DNA of 64,000 bases from Candidatus Fraserbacteria bacterium (lineage in GTDB: Bacteria > Bipolaricaulota > Bipolaricaulia > RBG-16-55-9), in assembly GCA_037443265.1 (NCBI GenBank), contig JBBIOR010000006.1, forward strand, positions 5,166 through 69,165, in the 5' to 3' direction. The notes under the pieces were generated by a model that saw nothing but the letters and a program-made list of their open reading frames with translations, was not told where the DNA came from and searched no databases. The translations under genes and the position numbers were made by a program. Positions 40,128 to 50,333 of the stretch are shown piece by piece (position 1 is the first letter of the stretch; each line of letters opens with the position of its first letter).

Positions 40128-42782
40128 TCACTGCTTTGAGCAGGTGGAGCAGCGGTCTACGATCTCTGTCATGATCTCACGGTACATGCGCTGCAAGAAG
40201 GCGTGGCGGTCCTCGAATTTAATGAGATCGCTTCGGCCCTGCATCACGATGTGGAACGCGAAGGGACTGGGATGCGGGACGATTCTCCCCGCGATCTCAA
40301 TCTCGCCTCGGCGGATCTCATCGAGGATCTGCTCCGCGTGTATTACGTCCATGGCGTCTTCCATCACTTCCCGATAGGCCTCCCATAAGATGGGGAAACG
40401 ATCATCCAGCGCTTCGACGGCACTTTGCAAGAGCAGGGCCTTCATCTGCTGGCTGCCCACGGATTTCCTGTGGCCCTTGTAGTTTTTCAGGATCATCAAG
40501 GCCCGCGTGGCACAGTGCCGAAACCGCCGCTTGAGGATCTCGGTGTGGCCGAGCGCGTCTTTGAGCACGGAGCGCAGATCCCGCTCTCTTAGGAGATCGA
40601 AGGCGGCCATCACCCGCACGCTCCCCTCATAGGCCAAATAGAACCCATGATCCGTGATGCCCACCTCGACGTCTTTGTCTTCGCGGCGCGCAATCAGCCA
40701 GGCGAGCGCTCGACTCAAGGCGTCATTGACCCTGCGTCCGAAGAGCGTGTGGAAGATCACCCAAGTTTTAACGGGGCTCTTCCAGCGTTCGGGAAGGAGC
40801 TCTTCTTGATAATATTCGATCAAGATCTTGTGCCGGTGGGGGATCTCGGCGTAGCGGTGCTGCTCGGCGAAATAGCGATAGAGCGATTCCACCCCACGTT
40901 CGTCCAGATATAAATGGGCTCGAAGGAAGGCCTTGATCTCCTCGGGGGGGCGGCCTTCCTCGAACATCTGGGCCACCCTGAGGCGGAATTCTTGAATGTC
41001 GAGGGCCAGGTCGAAGCTGAGCGGAAGCATCTCGGAAAACCACGAAGGCACCGTGGGGCTCTTCCCATAGGCCGGGTCCACTTGGGCCGTCATGCCCCGC
41101 GAGTATTTGAATTTATAGGTATCTCCGCCCAGAACGAAAACATCTCCCTTGCGCAGCATCTCCAAGAAAGACTCTTCGATGCTGCCGATCCGTCGCTCAC
41201 CGGACTTTACGGTCACGTACGACTCGTCCGGGATCGTGCCCACATTGGTGAGATAGAGCACGCGTGCCAGCCGCCCGCGCTTCCCGATCAGGCCCTGGTT
41301 GCGGTCATAGTAGATCTTGGCATAGACGCGCCGATCTTCGAGCGAAGCGTACTCTCCGGCGAGATATTCGAGAACCCGCTCGAAGTCTTGGCGTGAGAGA
41401 TCGCGATAGCTATAGCTGCGGGTGACGAGCTCATAGAGATCCTCGACGCCTCTGGGGCCGTCGAGCAAGATCCCAAAGATCTGCTGCGCCAGCACATCTA
41501 AACAGTTCTGCGGGATGTGGATCTGGTCGAGTCTGCGTTCCACGGCGCTTCTTAGCATCACGGCGCACTCCACAAGATCATCGCGATCCGTGACGACGAT
41601 TCGGCCCTTGATCGTGTCGTGGAGCTTGTGGCCGCTTCGGCCCACGCGCTGGAGGGCCCGCGTCACGCTCTTGGGAGAGCCTAAAAGAATCACGAGATCG
41701 ACGTAGCCGATGTCAATCCCAAGCTCCAGGGAAGTAGAGGAGACCACGACCCGCAGGTCGCCGCTCTTTAAGCGATTCTCGATCTCCCATCTCAGCTCTT
41801 TGGAGAGGGAGCCGTGATGGGCCCCAATGAATTCAGAAAGCTTAGGGTAACGCTCTTTTAAGAAGTGCACCACGCGCTCCGTGCCTGAGCGCGTATTGGT
41901 GAAGATGAGCGTGGTGCGATGCTCGTCGATTAGGCGGGCCAGAAGCCCATAGAGATTGCCGTGCAATTCCTCCGTCGAACAGTGGATGAAGTCTTCGACG
42001 GGGCTGAGCACTGTAAGATCGAGTCTCTTATCGAAGCGGGCGTCCACGATCCAGCAGTCGCGCCAGGGGTCTTCGCTGGGGGCGACCTCCGCTAGGCATT
42101 GCCCGTATCTGCGTCCGACGAGAAATCTGGCGACTTCTTCTAGGGGACTGATGGTGGCCGAAAGCCCTATGCGCGTAAATTCTGTAAGCTCGCTGAGCCG
42201 CTCCAGCGAGAGCGTAAGGTGCGCCCCGCGCTTGTTCTCCGCGAGCGCATGGACTTCATCGACGATCACCCAGCGGACGTTCCGAAAGTGTTGGGAGAAC
42301 TCCCTTGAAGAGAGGGAGATGGCGAGCGATTCGGGCGTTGTGATCAAGATATGCGGGGCCTGAAGGAGCATCCGTTGCTTGTGGCTTGTGGGTGTATCAC
42401 CAGTGCGCACAGCGACGCGAATGCCCAGTGCGCGTCCGGCGATCCGAGTGATTCCCTCCAGCGGTTCATTCAGATTCTTCTCGATGTCGTTGCCCAAGGC
42501 CTTGAGCGGCGAGATGTACACGCCATAGATGCGATTCTCCAGCTCATCTCGTTCGGCCAGGGAGATGAGTTCGCTCAGGATCGTCAAGAGGGCGCTCAAC
42601 GTCTTGCCTGAGCCCGTGGGGGCTGAGATCAAGCAGTTCCTCCCCTGATGAATCAGAGGGATGGCATAGCACTGAGGAGGGCTGAAGCGTTCAAAGCGCT
42701 GCCGAAACCAAGCACGCACCCACGGGTGCAGGAGCGGATACAGCTCTTGGTCTTCATAGGCCACCGTCTGAAAGCGGATCAT
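40128..42782 (-). CDS. lhr: Lhr-like ATP-dependent helicase (archaeal-type core length)
   Basis: APTGSGKT, SPLKAL, DEVH, SAT, HHGSLS, QRVGRSGH, PSW, PSPFA. Confidence 0.9.
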   Translation of the reverse strand: MIRFQTVAYEDQELYPLLHPWVRAWFRQRFERFSPPQCYAIPLIHQGRNCLISAPTGSGKTLSALLTILSELISLAERDELENRIYGVYISPLKALGNDIEKNLNEPLEGITRIAGRALGIRVAVRTGDTPTSHKQRMLLQAPHILITTPESLAISLSSREFSQHFRNVRWVIVDEVHALAENKRGAHLTLSLERLSELTEFTRIGLSATISPLEEVARFLVGRRYGQCLAEVAPSEDPWRDCWIVDARFDKRLDLTVLSPVEDFIHCSTEELHGNLYGLLARLIDEHRTTLIFTNTRSGTERVVHFLKERYPKLSEFIGAHHGSLSKELRWEIENRLKSGDLRVVVSSTSLELGIDIGYVDLVILLGSPKSVTRALQRVGRSGHKLHDTIKGRIVVTDRDDLVECAVMLRSAVERRLDQIHIPQNCLDVLAQQIFGILLDGPRGVEDLYELVTRSYSYRDLSRQDFERVLEYLAGEYASLEDRRVYAKIYYDRNQGLIGKRGRLARVLYLTNVGTIPDESYVTVKSGERRIGSIEESFLEMLRKGDVFVLGGDTYKFKYSRGMTAQVDPAYGKSPTVPSWFSEMLPLSFDLALDIQEFRLRVAQMFEEGRPPEEIKAFLRAHLYLDERGVESLYRYFAEQHRYAEIPHRHKILIEYYQEELLPERWKSPVKTWVIFHTLFGRRVNDALSRALAWLIARREDKDVEVGITDHGFYLAYEGSVRVMAAFDLLRERDLRSVLKDALGHTEILKRRFRHCATRALMILKNYKGHRKSVGSQQMKALLLQSAVEALDDRFPILWEAYREVMEDAMDVIHAEQILDEIRRGEIEIAGRIVPHPSPFAFHIVMQGRSDLIKFEDRHAFLQRMYREIMTEIVDRCSTCSKQ

Positions 42783-43144
42783 GGCCAGCGCAGGATCTTC
42801 AGCCCCACGCGCGCGGTGCCCTTTTCGATCATCCCCAGCTCCTGCGCCGCGGCATACGAGAGATCGATGATCCGCCCGGGGATAAAGGGCCCTCGATCAT
42901 TGATGCGCACAATGACGCTGCGACCCGTCTCCAGATCGACCACTTTAACGATCGTGCCCAAGGGCAGCGTCTTATGGGCTGCCGTCAGCGCGTTCATGTC
43001 GTAGATCTCTCCGCTGGAGGTTCTTTTGCCATGGAAGCCTGGGCCATACCAGGAGGCGATCCCGACTTGGTCATAGCTTAGATGCTGTGCCAGCCCCAGC
43101 AGGAGGAGGAGCACAGCGGCACTGATAATTAAAACTTCGCGCAT
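42779..43144 (-). CDS. rlpA: RlpA-family lytic transglycosylase
   Basis: ASWYG, TAAHKTLP, RINDRGP, IIDLS. Confidence 0.93.
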   Translation of the reverse strand: MREVLIISAAVLLLLLGLAQHLSYDQVGIASWYGPGFHGKRTSSGEIYDMNALTAAHKTLPLGTIVKVVDLETGRSVIVRINDRGPFIPGRIIDLSYAAAQELGMIEKGTARVGLKILRWP

Positions 43145-43236
43145 CTTGGATCTCTTAGGAGCAACGCCTCAAGGCGTGCTCAGCGATTGTAGTGCGGGGC
43201 ATAAAGAGGTGCAACCATTCCATCGGGTGCGGGATT

Positions 43237-43692
43237 TTAAAATAGGCTCACGATGCGGTCGAGCAAGACGTGCAAGATGTTGGGAAGGTAGAGCCCGGCT
43301 CCCAGGGTGAGCCACGCCCGCTCGGTGAGCCAAAGGGGAGTCCCTTGAGGCAGCGCGAACCCCAAAGCGCCCAGCCCCACGAGCACCAACGCGAAGACCA
43401 GCCCCAAATACGCCAGACGAGTCAGAGGCCCCAGGATCAAGCTGTGGCTTAGGCCGCGATGCTTGAAGATTTTATAATAAAAAATCCAGAGGAAGCCTAA
43501 GAGTCCCCAGCGCCGTCGGGAGCTGTTGTGCCGAAGATCCAAATCTGGGCTGAGCAGCAGGCTGGCCAAGAGATAGGCTCCGGCAAATAGAAGAAGCTCC
43601 GGCCAGCTGGGCTTAAAGAGATAGTAGAAGCCGGCCACGAAGAACGGCCCCAGGAACAACTCAACCGCGGCATGCGTCTTCCCCGAAGGCAT
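43237..43692 (-). CDS. DUF2227-like metal-binding membrane protein
   Basis: MPSGKTH, SPDLD, HRGLSH, HVLLD. Confidence 0.85.
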   Translation of the reverse strand: MPSGKTHAAVELFLGPFFVAGFYYLFKPSWPELLLFAGAYLLASLLLSPDLDLRHNSSRRRWGLLGFLWIFYYKIFKHRGLSHSLILGPLTRLAYLGLVFALVLVGLGALGFALPQGTPLWLTERAWLTLGAGLYLPNILHVLLDRIVSLF

Positions 43693-43762
43693 ACTGGCAA
43701 TGGGAAAGATAACGGAATAAGATCATAGGGCCTAGGGCATCGGTCACCTCCATCGGCGACCC

Positions 43763-43819
43763 TTGACGCCCTAGGCGGCATCCGCTACAATCTTAGCAAT
43801 CAACTCTTGTGAGTGCTAA
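43763..43819 (+). promoter_or_regulatory. groESL promoter and CIRCE (HrcA operator)
   Basis: TTGACG-17nt-TACAAT; TTAGCAATC-N9-GAGTGCTAA at 43793-43819 (1 mismatch to consensus). Confidence 0.9.
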
Positions 43820-43859
43820 ATAACTCCAGATTTCTGAATGGACCGCGAAAGGAGGAGGG

Positions 43860-44141
43860 ATGGCTAGGAAGCTCAAGCTGCGACCCCTGGGCAGCCGGGT
43901 GCTCGTCCGGGAGGTCAAAGAGGAAGAGAAAGGGGGGATCGTCCTCCCGGAAGATGTCGAGACCGATCGGGACTATCTGAAGGCTGAGGTGGTCGAGATC
44001 GGGACCGAATCGGAGAAGATTCAAGTCAAGAAGGGCGATCGGGTGCTTCTGGACGGCTTCTCCGGCAAGAAGCTGGAGATCGACGGAGAAGAATATCTGA
44101 TCGTCAAATCCAGCGACATTCTCGCGGTGGTTGAATCGTAA
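43860..44141 (+). CDS. groES: Co-chaperonin GroES
   Basis: LRPLGSRVLV, GGIVLP, VKKGDRVL, DILAVV. Confidence 0.95.
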   Translation: MARKLKLRPLGSRVLVREVKEEEKGGIVLPEDVETDRDYLKAEVVEIGTESEKIQVKKGDRVLLDGFSGKKLEIDGEEYLIVKSSDILAVVES

Positions 44142-44162
44142 AGAGAACGGAGGAGGAGGAGT

Positions 44163-45785
44163 ATGCCCAAGAAGTACAAGGAAGTCATCTTCGATGATGA
44201 AGCACGGGAGAGGCTGAAGAAGGGGATCGAGCGGCTGACGAACGCGGTGCGCATCACGCTGGGTCCGCGCGGCCGCTACGTCATCCTCGCCAAGGAGTTC
44301 GGGGCTCCCAAGGTCGTCGACGACGGGGTCACCATCGCCGAGGAGCAGGAATATCTCGACGAATTTGAGAACATGGGGGCCCAGCTGCTCAAGCAAGTCG
44401 CCAAGGAGACGGAGGACGTAGCCGGGGATGGCACGACCACGGCCACCATCTTGGCCCACGCGCTCATCACCGAGGGGATGAAGAACATCACCGCGGGGGC
44501 CAACCCGATTCAGCTCAAGCGCGGCCTGGAGAAGGCCGTCGAAGTCGTAGTCGAGGAGCTCACCAAGGCGAGCAAGGAACTCAAGACCAAAGAAGAGATG
44601 GCCCGCGTGGCCACAAACTCCGCCCACGACGAGGAGATCGGCAGGATCATCGCTGACACCATGGATAAAGTGGGCAAAAACGGGGTCATCACCGTGGAAG
44701 AGTCGGACACGATCGAGACCTACTATGAGATGGTCGAGGGGATGCAATTTGACCGCGGGTACCTGAGCCCCTACTTCATCACCAACGCGGAGAAGATGGA
44801 GGCCGAACTCAAGGAGCCCTACATCCTCATCACAGACCAGGAGCTCAAGAAGGCCCGCGATCTGGTGCCCGTCCTGGAGAAGGTGGCCCAGACGGGTAAG
44901 CCCCTGCTGGTCATCGCCGAGGACGTCGAGGGCGAGGCACTCACCACTCTGGTGATCAACAAACTCCGCGGGACTCTTCAGAGCGTGGCGGTGAAAGCCC
45001 CGGGCTTTGGGGATCGCCGCAAGGCCATGCTCCAAGACATCGCCATCCTCACCGGTGGCCAAGTCATCGCCGAGGACGCGGGCATGAAGGTCGAGAACGC
45101 CACCCTCGATATGCTCGGACGAGCGGAGAAAGTGATCGTCACCGACGACGACACCACCATCATCGGAGGCAAGGGCAGCAAGAAGGAGATTGAGGGCCGC
45201 ATCGAGCAGATCAAGAAGCAGATGGAGAACACCGACTCCGACTACGACCGGGAGAAGCTGCAAGAGCGGATGGCCAAGCTCGCCGGTGGGGTGGCGGTCA
45301 TTAAAGTGGGCGCACCGACGGAAGCGGAGCTGGAGGAGAAGAAGCACCGCATGGAGGACGCCTTGGAGGCCACGAAGGCTGCCGTCGATGAAGGGATCCT
45401 CCCTGGTGGGGAGGTGGCGCTACTCAATGCCGCCAAGGCGCTGGAGAAGCTCAAGCTAGACGACGATCAACAGATTGGCGTCCGGCTGCTCAAGAAGGCG
45501 CTGGAGGCCCCCCTCAAGCAGCTGGCGGAGAACGCCGGATACGAGGGCAACATCGTCGTCGAGAAGGTCAAGACGCTGGAGAAGGGCATGGGCTTTGACG
45601 TGGTCACGGAGCAGTATGTCGACATGATGAAGGCGGGGATCATCGATCCGACGAAGGTCCTCAAATCTGCCGTGCTCAATGCCGTAAGCGTCGCCGGGAT
45701 GATCCTCACCAGCGGCGCGTGTGTGGCCATCAAGGAGATCGGCGAGGACAAGCAGATGACTCCGCCGACTCCCGACATGTACTAA
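44163..45785 (+). CDS. groEL: Chaperonin GroEL
   Basis: [32 protein letters not shown]; lacks the GGM tail. Confidence 0.98.
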   Translation: MPKKYKEVIFDDEARERLKKGIERLTNAVRITLGPRGRYVILAKEFGAPKVVDDGVTIAEEQEYLDEFENMGAQLLKQVAKETEDVAGDGTTTATILAHALITEGMKNITAGANPIQLKRGLEKAVEVVVEELTKASKELKTKEEMARVATNSAHDEEIGRIIADTMDKVGKNGVITVEESDTIETYYEMVEGMQFDRGYLSPYFITNAEKMEAELKEPYILITDQELKKARDLVPVLEKVAQTGKPLLVIAEDVEGEALTTLVINKLRGTLQSVAVKAPGFGDRRKAMLQDIAILTGGQVIAEDAGMKVENATLDMLGRAEKVIVTDDDTTIIGGKGSKKEIEGRIEQIKKQMENTDSDYDREKLQERMAKLAGGVAVIKVGAPTEAELEEKKHRMEDALEATKAAVDEGILPGGEVALLNAAKALEKLKLDDDQQIGVRLLKKALEAPLKQLAENAGYEGNIVVEKVKTLEKGMGFDVVTEQYVDMMKAGIIDPTKVLKSAVLNAVSVAGMILTSGACVAIKEIGEDKQMTPPTPDMY

Positions 45786-45810
45786 CGCCTCACCTGAGGG
45801 TGTGAAGCTT

Positions 45811-45855
45811 CCCTCTGCGACGCTATAATCCAGCGTCGCAGAGGGATTCTTAATT
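45811..45855 (+). terminator. Hairpin terminator after groEL
   Basis: 14-bp perfect stem CCCTCTGCGACGCT/AGCGTCGCAGAGGG followed by an AT-rich tail. Confidence 0.7.
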
Positions 45856-46722
45856 ATGGGCAGACCCGTCGTAGGCTTGGCCCTAGGAGGCGGAGGAGCC
45901 CGAGGGTATGCTCACTTGGGCGTCATTCGAGTCTTAGAAAGACACCAGATTCCCATGGACGTCATCGCCGGGACGAGCATGGGGGCGGTCATCGGCGGGG
46001 CCTACGCCTGCGGCGTGGATCTGACGAAGCTGGAGCAGATTCTAAAGACGCTCGACCTGAATCGCTTGCTGCGCCTCCCGCGCAACTCCGTTCGCGGTAT
46101 CCTGGGCAACACCGCCTCGGAATATCTTTTTAAGCGAAGGGATTGGCGCCAGCAGGATCTCGCGGGCACTCGGGCGCTCATCGAGTTTTTTCACGTCTTC
46201 ACGCGCGGGCAGAGCTTTGCGGAGCTGAAGAGGCGCTTTGCGGTCGTGGCGGTGGACATCGACACCGGCGAGCAGGTCATCCTACAAGAGGGGCCGGTGG
46301 CGCGGGCGGTGGCTGCGGGGGTCACCATCCCCGGCCTCCACTACCCTGTGCGCTATCAAGATCGCTTTCTCATCGATGGGGGACTGGTCAATCGGGTGCC
46401 GGCCGATGTGGCCTTCTCCATGGGGGCAGAGGTCGTCATCGCCGTCGATGTCAGCACTGCGCTGGAGAAGCCGGAGGCTCTGACCAGCGTGGAGGTGCTC
46501 CTGCAAGCTGAGAGCATCCTCCTGCGGGAGATGACCCGGCTGAGGCTCGAGCTGCTTCGGCAGCGCGTCGGCTCCCGGCTCTTCATCTTAGAGCCCCCGG
46601 TCCAGCGCGTGAAGACCCTCGCGCTTGAGGAGCTCGAGCCCCCCATTCGCGCGGGTGAAGAGGAGACCCAGCGCCGCATCGAAGAGATTCAAGCGCTCAT
46701 CGCGCGCTACACCTCCTCCTGA
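45856..46722 (+). CDS. Patatin-like phospholipase
   Basis: GGGGARG, GTSMG, DGG. Confidence 0.93.
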   Translation: MGRPVVGLALGGGGARGYAHLGVIRVLERHQIPMDVIAGTSMGAVIGGAYACGVDLTKLEQILKTLDLNRLLRLPRNSVRGILGNTASEYLFKRRDWRQQDLAGTRALIEFFHVFTRGQSFAELKRRFAVVAVDIDTGEQVILQEGPVARAVAAGVTIPGLHYPVRYQDRFLIDGGLVNRVPADVAFSMGAEVVIAVDVSTALEKPEALTSVEVLLQAESILLREMTRLRLELLRQRVGSRLFILEPPVQRVKTLALEELEPPIRAGEEETQRRIEEIQALIARYTSS

Positions 46723-46725
46723 GGA

Positions 46726-47364
46726 CTAGGGCTTCTTGCGCGAGTTTTCCGCCTTAGGGGTCCCGTTAATCGGGTTGCCGTCTTTGTCCTTGCCGTTGCG
46801 AGACTTCCCATCGTTAGAGGCCCAGTTGTCATCCGCATCGGCCCTCTCCGCGTTCACGCGCTCCATGCTGGCGTAGGGCACATCGCCTTGGGCATCTGTT
46901 CCGGCGGGCCATTCGCCTCCGTTGCCGTTGGCGGTGTCGATAATTCTGCCCTGGGCGTCCTTGAGCACGAGCGTCTCACCGGTGTTCTGGAGCGCTCCGG
47001 TGTAGATCAGATCTGCCGCCATGTCGCTGATGGTCTCATCGTCGGAGCGCTCCAGAAGATAGAACCCGCGGCCGGGGATGAGCGTGCGCCGGACCTCTTT
47101 CGTGTTCTCTTGGGCGGACCCAAAGTGGATGATGATCTGATTCTCTCCCTCGCCCCAGCTGAGGGTCCATCCCCTAAGATCGATGTCGCGGCCGGTGTTG
47201 TTGCGCAGCTCGATCCACTCGTCGGCCGAGCTGGCAGCCGTGCCCATCCAGGCGATCTCGTTGATGGCCACCTCCGGACTTGGGGCCTGAGCCGTCCCCT
47301 GCCCGGGAGACCAGATCGCCAGTAAACCGAATAGCAACGCGGCGATGAGGAGCTGGATCGCCAT
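46726..47364 (-). CDS. Secreted lamin-tail-domain protein
   Basis: Signal peptide; VAINEIAWMG..DEWIELRN..IDLRGWTL; terminal GTP; promoter TTGACT-17nt-TATAAT (47434-47406). Confidence 0.85.
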   Translation of the reverse strand: MAIQLLIAALLFGLLAIWSPGQGTAQAPSPEVAINEIAWMGTAASSADEWIELRNNTGRDIDLRGWTLSWGEGENQIIIHFGSAQENTKEVRRTLIPGRGFYLLERSDDETISDMAADLIYTGALQNTGETLVLKDAQGRIIDTANGNGGEWPAGTDAQGDVPYASMERVNAERADADDNWASNDGKSRNGKDKDGNPINGTPKAENSRKKP

Positions 47365-47606
47365 GTTGACCACTCCTTTGTGAATTATATTTTCTGTGTG
47401 TCTATATTATATATGCTAACACATAGGAAGTCAAGTATGGCTGTATATATAATTCCTCTGGACGCACCCTCGGGGAGGGCGTATACGGCTCGATGAGCCC
47501 TTTCCAGCGCGTGATCGCCTTGACAGTCCTTGGGAGCCTTCCTATAATGTCCGGGCATTGAAGAGATCTTGCTCTTGAATTCAAGGCTCTGAGGGGAGGT
47601 CCACGC

Positions 47607-49925
47607 ATGAGCAAGCTGGTCATCGTCGAATCCCCCACCAAGGCGCGCACCATCGAGCGCTACCTGGGAAAGGGCTTCAAAGTCTTGAGCTCTATGGGCC
47701 ACGTGCGGGATCTGCCTGAGAAGGAGCTGGCCGTGGACATCGAGCGCGATTTTGAGCCCAAACTCATCGTCACGAACAAGAAAGCCGTCTCCCAGCTCAG
47801 AAAAGCCCTCGAGGGCGCCGAGGTCGTCTATCTTGCGACAGACAACGACCGCGAGGGGGAGGCCATCGCGTACGATCTTTACGAGGTGCTCGACCACAAC
47901 CGCCAGAAGAAATATCTGCGAGTGGTCTTCAATGAGATCACCCAGCGCGTGATCTTAGAAGCCATCGAGCACCCCACGGATATTGATCTCAAGAAGGTCG
48001 AAGCCCAGCGGGCCCGAAGGATTCTCGATCGGCTCGTGGGATATCTCATCAGCCCCTTGCTCTCAAAGACCCTCTCCGGCAGCCAGTATGAAGGGCTCTC
48101 CGCCGGGCGCGTCCAGAGCGTGGCTCTTAGGCTCATCTGCGACCGCGAACGGGAGATTCAAGCCTTTATTCCAGAAGAGTACTGGACGATCGATGCCCAG
48201 CTTATGGATGGCAGAGAATTCTTAGCCCATCTGGAGCGCTACCAGGGTAAGAAGCCTCAGATTCCCAATCAAGCCGAGGCTGCGCGCATCCACCAAGAAC
48301 TTAAGCGACTGGCGCAGGCTCCCGGCTTCATCGTGCAGGGCATCAAAGAAGAAGAATCTCATCGGAGTCCGCCGCCGCCGTTCATCACGAGCACCCTGCA
48401 GCAGGCGGCCTCTTCGCTGCTGCGCTTCTCGCCGCAGAAGACGATGCAGCTGGCCCAGCAGCTCTATGAGGGCGTCCCGCTGGAAGAGGGCCAAGAGGGC
48501 CTCATCACGTACATGCGCACAGACTCGCTGCGCGTCTCTGACATAGCCCGCAAGGAGCTCAGGGCGTTCATCCTCGCTGCCTTCGGCCACAAGTATCTCT
48601 CACCCCAGGAGCGGCTGTTCAAGAACAAGAAGGCCGCCCAAGATGCGCATGAGGCCATCCGCCCCACGGACGTAAAGCGAACGCCCGAGTCGATCAAGCC
48701 ATTCTTAACCCAAGATCAATACAAGCTCTACAAGCTCATCTGGGAGCGTTTCGTGGCCACCCAGATGGCCGAGGCCCTCTATCACAAGCGAGCAGCCAGC
48801 ATCTCGGCCAGCGATTATCTGTTCATGGCCAGAGGGAGCAAGCTCGTCTTCGACGGCTTTCTAAAGATCTGGAGGCTGCCGCCCATGAAAGACGAGGGCG
48901 TGGAGATCCCTGATCTTGCGGAGGGCGAGCGTCTCACGCTCATGGGCATTCTGGCAGAGCAGCACTTCACCGAGCCGCCCAAGCGCTACAGCGAGGCCTC
49001 TCTGGTGAAGGCGCTCGAAGAGAAGGGCATCGGACGCCCCAGCACGTATGCCACCATCGTCTCCACCATCCAGGAGCGCGGCTATGTCCAAAAAGAGAAG
49101 GGTGGAATCCTGCGGCCTACGCTTTTGGGCTTCATCGCTACAGATTTCTTGAAAGACTTCTTCCCCTTGACGGTCGAGGAGGGCTTTACGGCCCACATGG
49201 AAGAGGAGCTGGATAAGATCAGCAGCGGTGAACTCACCCGCGTCCAGGTGCTCCGAGAGTTCTACGAGCCCTTGTCCAAAAGGCTCGAGCACGTCCAACG
49301 CGAGCTCAGCCAAGACCGCCTGAGCTTTCGCATCCTGACGGACGTGAGTTGTCCGAGCTGCGGCGCGCCCATGGAAGTGCGCTTCTGGAAGGGCAAGTCC
49401 TTCCTGGGCTGCTCACGCTATCCCGACTGCAAGCAGACGATCGATTTCCCCGAGAACGTCGAGTACCTCTACCAGGGCAAGCGCGTGCTCATCCAAGAGC
49501 AACTCAAAACCCATGAGCAAAAGAAAGAGATGACGGCTAAAGCGGCGGGACGGACCTGTCCCAACTGCGGCGCGCCCATGGAACTGAGAGATGGAAGATT
49601 CGGGCGCTTCTACGGCTGCTCACGCTATCCCGACTGCAAGACGACCGAGCCCATCTCCACGGGAGTCCCTTGCCCGCTCTGCGGACGCGATATGGTCGAG
49701 CGCTACTCTCGCAAGAAGCAGAAGGCCTTCTATGGCTGCCAGGGCTATCCGGAGTGCACATTCACCGTCAATGAACGTCCGGTCAAGCTCTGCCCGGCGT
49801 GCGAGGAGGGCGTACTGGTCCGGCGCGGGGACGGAGAAGAAGTGCTCAGCTGTAGCAACAAGAAGTGCGGCCATCGCGAGGTCGTCGAGCCTTCTGTCGC
49901 TGCCTCCTCCACAGAAGAGGAGTGA
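47607..49925 (+). CDS. topA: DNA topoisomerase I
   Basis: VESPTKA, DNDREGE, SAGRVQS, ITYMRTDS, C-terminal Zn ribbons; promoter TTGACA-17nt-TATAAT at 47520-47548. Confidence 0.98.
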   Translation: MSKLVIVESPTKARTIERYLGKGFKVLSSMGHVRDLPEKELAVDIERDFEPKLIVTNKKAVSQLRKALEGAEVVYLATDNDREGEAIAYDLYEVLDHNRQKKYLRVVFNEITQRVILEAIEHPTDIDLKKVEAQRARRILDRLVGYLISPLLSKTLSGSQYEGLSAGRVQSVALRLICDREREIQAFIPEEYWTIDAQLMDGREFLAHLERYQGKKPQIPNQAEAARIHQELKRLAQAPGFIVQGIKEEESHRSPPPPFITSTLQQAASSLLRFSPQKTMQLAQQLYEGVPLEEGQEGLITYMRTDSLRVSDIARKELRAFILAAFGHKYLSPQERLFKNKKAAQDAHEAIRPTDVKRTPESIKPFLTQDQYKLYKLIWERFVATQMAEALYHKRAASISASDYLFMARGSKLVFDGFLKIWRLPPMKDEGVEIPDLAEGERLTLMGILAEQHFTEPPKRYSEASLVKALEEKGIGRPSTYATIVSTIQERGYVQKEKGGILRPTLLGFIATDFLKDFFPLTVEEGFTAHMEEELDKISSGELTRVQVLREFYEPLSKRLEHVQRELSQDRLSFRILTDVSCPSCGAPMEVRFWKGKSFLGCSRYPDCKQTIDFPENVEYLYQGKRVLIQEQLKTHEQKKEMTAKAAGRTCPNCGAPMELRDGRFGRFYGCSRYPDCKTTEPISTGVPCPLCGRDMVERYSRKKQKAFYGCQGYPECTFTVNERPVKLCPACEEGVLVRRGDGEEVLSCSNKKCGHREVVEPSVAASSTEEE

Positions 49926-49927
49926 AC

Positions 49928-50326
49928 ATGCACCCCCAAGATTTCACTTATGTGATCGAGTCAAAGCGCGGGGTTCGCGAGGCGGTGGTCTCCGTCTGGA
50001 AGGCCGCCATGGCCGCGGGCTGGACGGTCGTAGGCGACTACGATCTGACGGGCCTGCTCACCATGGGAGACGGCTCGGTCGAGATCAAGAGCCTCGATAT
50101 TTGTCGTCCTGAGCTGGCCCGGCCCTTTGTGCAAGAAGAGATGCTCACGGCGCTCTGCATGCCCTGCAACGTGTTGATCTATTCTGAAGGCCGCAGGACG
50201 AAGCTGGCGGCGATGCGCCCGAGCGTCGTGATGCCCAAGCTCTTTGCAGAGGCTGCTCAATCGATCGGCGACGTGCTTAAGCGCGTGGATCAGGAGCTTC
50301 AGAGGATCCTGGAGGCGGCCAAGTGA
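49928..50326 (+). CDS. DUF302-like protein
   Basis: SLDICRP, ALCMPCNVLIY, AAMRPS. Confidence 0.75.
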   Translation: MHPQDFTYVIESKRGVREAVVSVWKAAMAAGWTVVGDYDLTGLLTMGDGSVEIKSLDICRPELARPFVQEEMLTALCMPCNVLIYSEGRRTKLAAMRPSVVMPKLFAEAAQSIGDVLKRVDQELQRILEAAK

Positions 50327-50333
50327 GCGAGCC

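Noticed and set aside
43800..45347. 515-aa ORF antisense to groEL, and similar long antisense ORFs opposite rho, topA and others
   Set aside because: Expected shadow of strong GC3 codon bias; no recognisable motifs
26587..47447. ATGGCTGTATA shared by two upstream regions (26587 and 47437), LexA half-site-like
   Set aside because: No ACAG second half-site; both overlap or abut TATAAT boxes, so promoter sequence explains them
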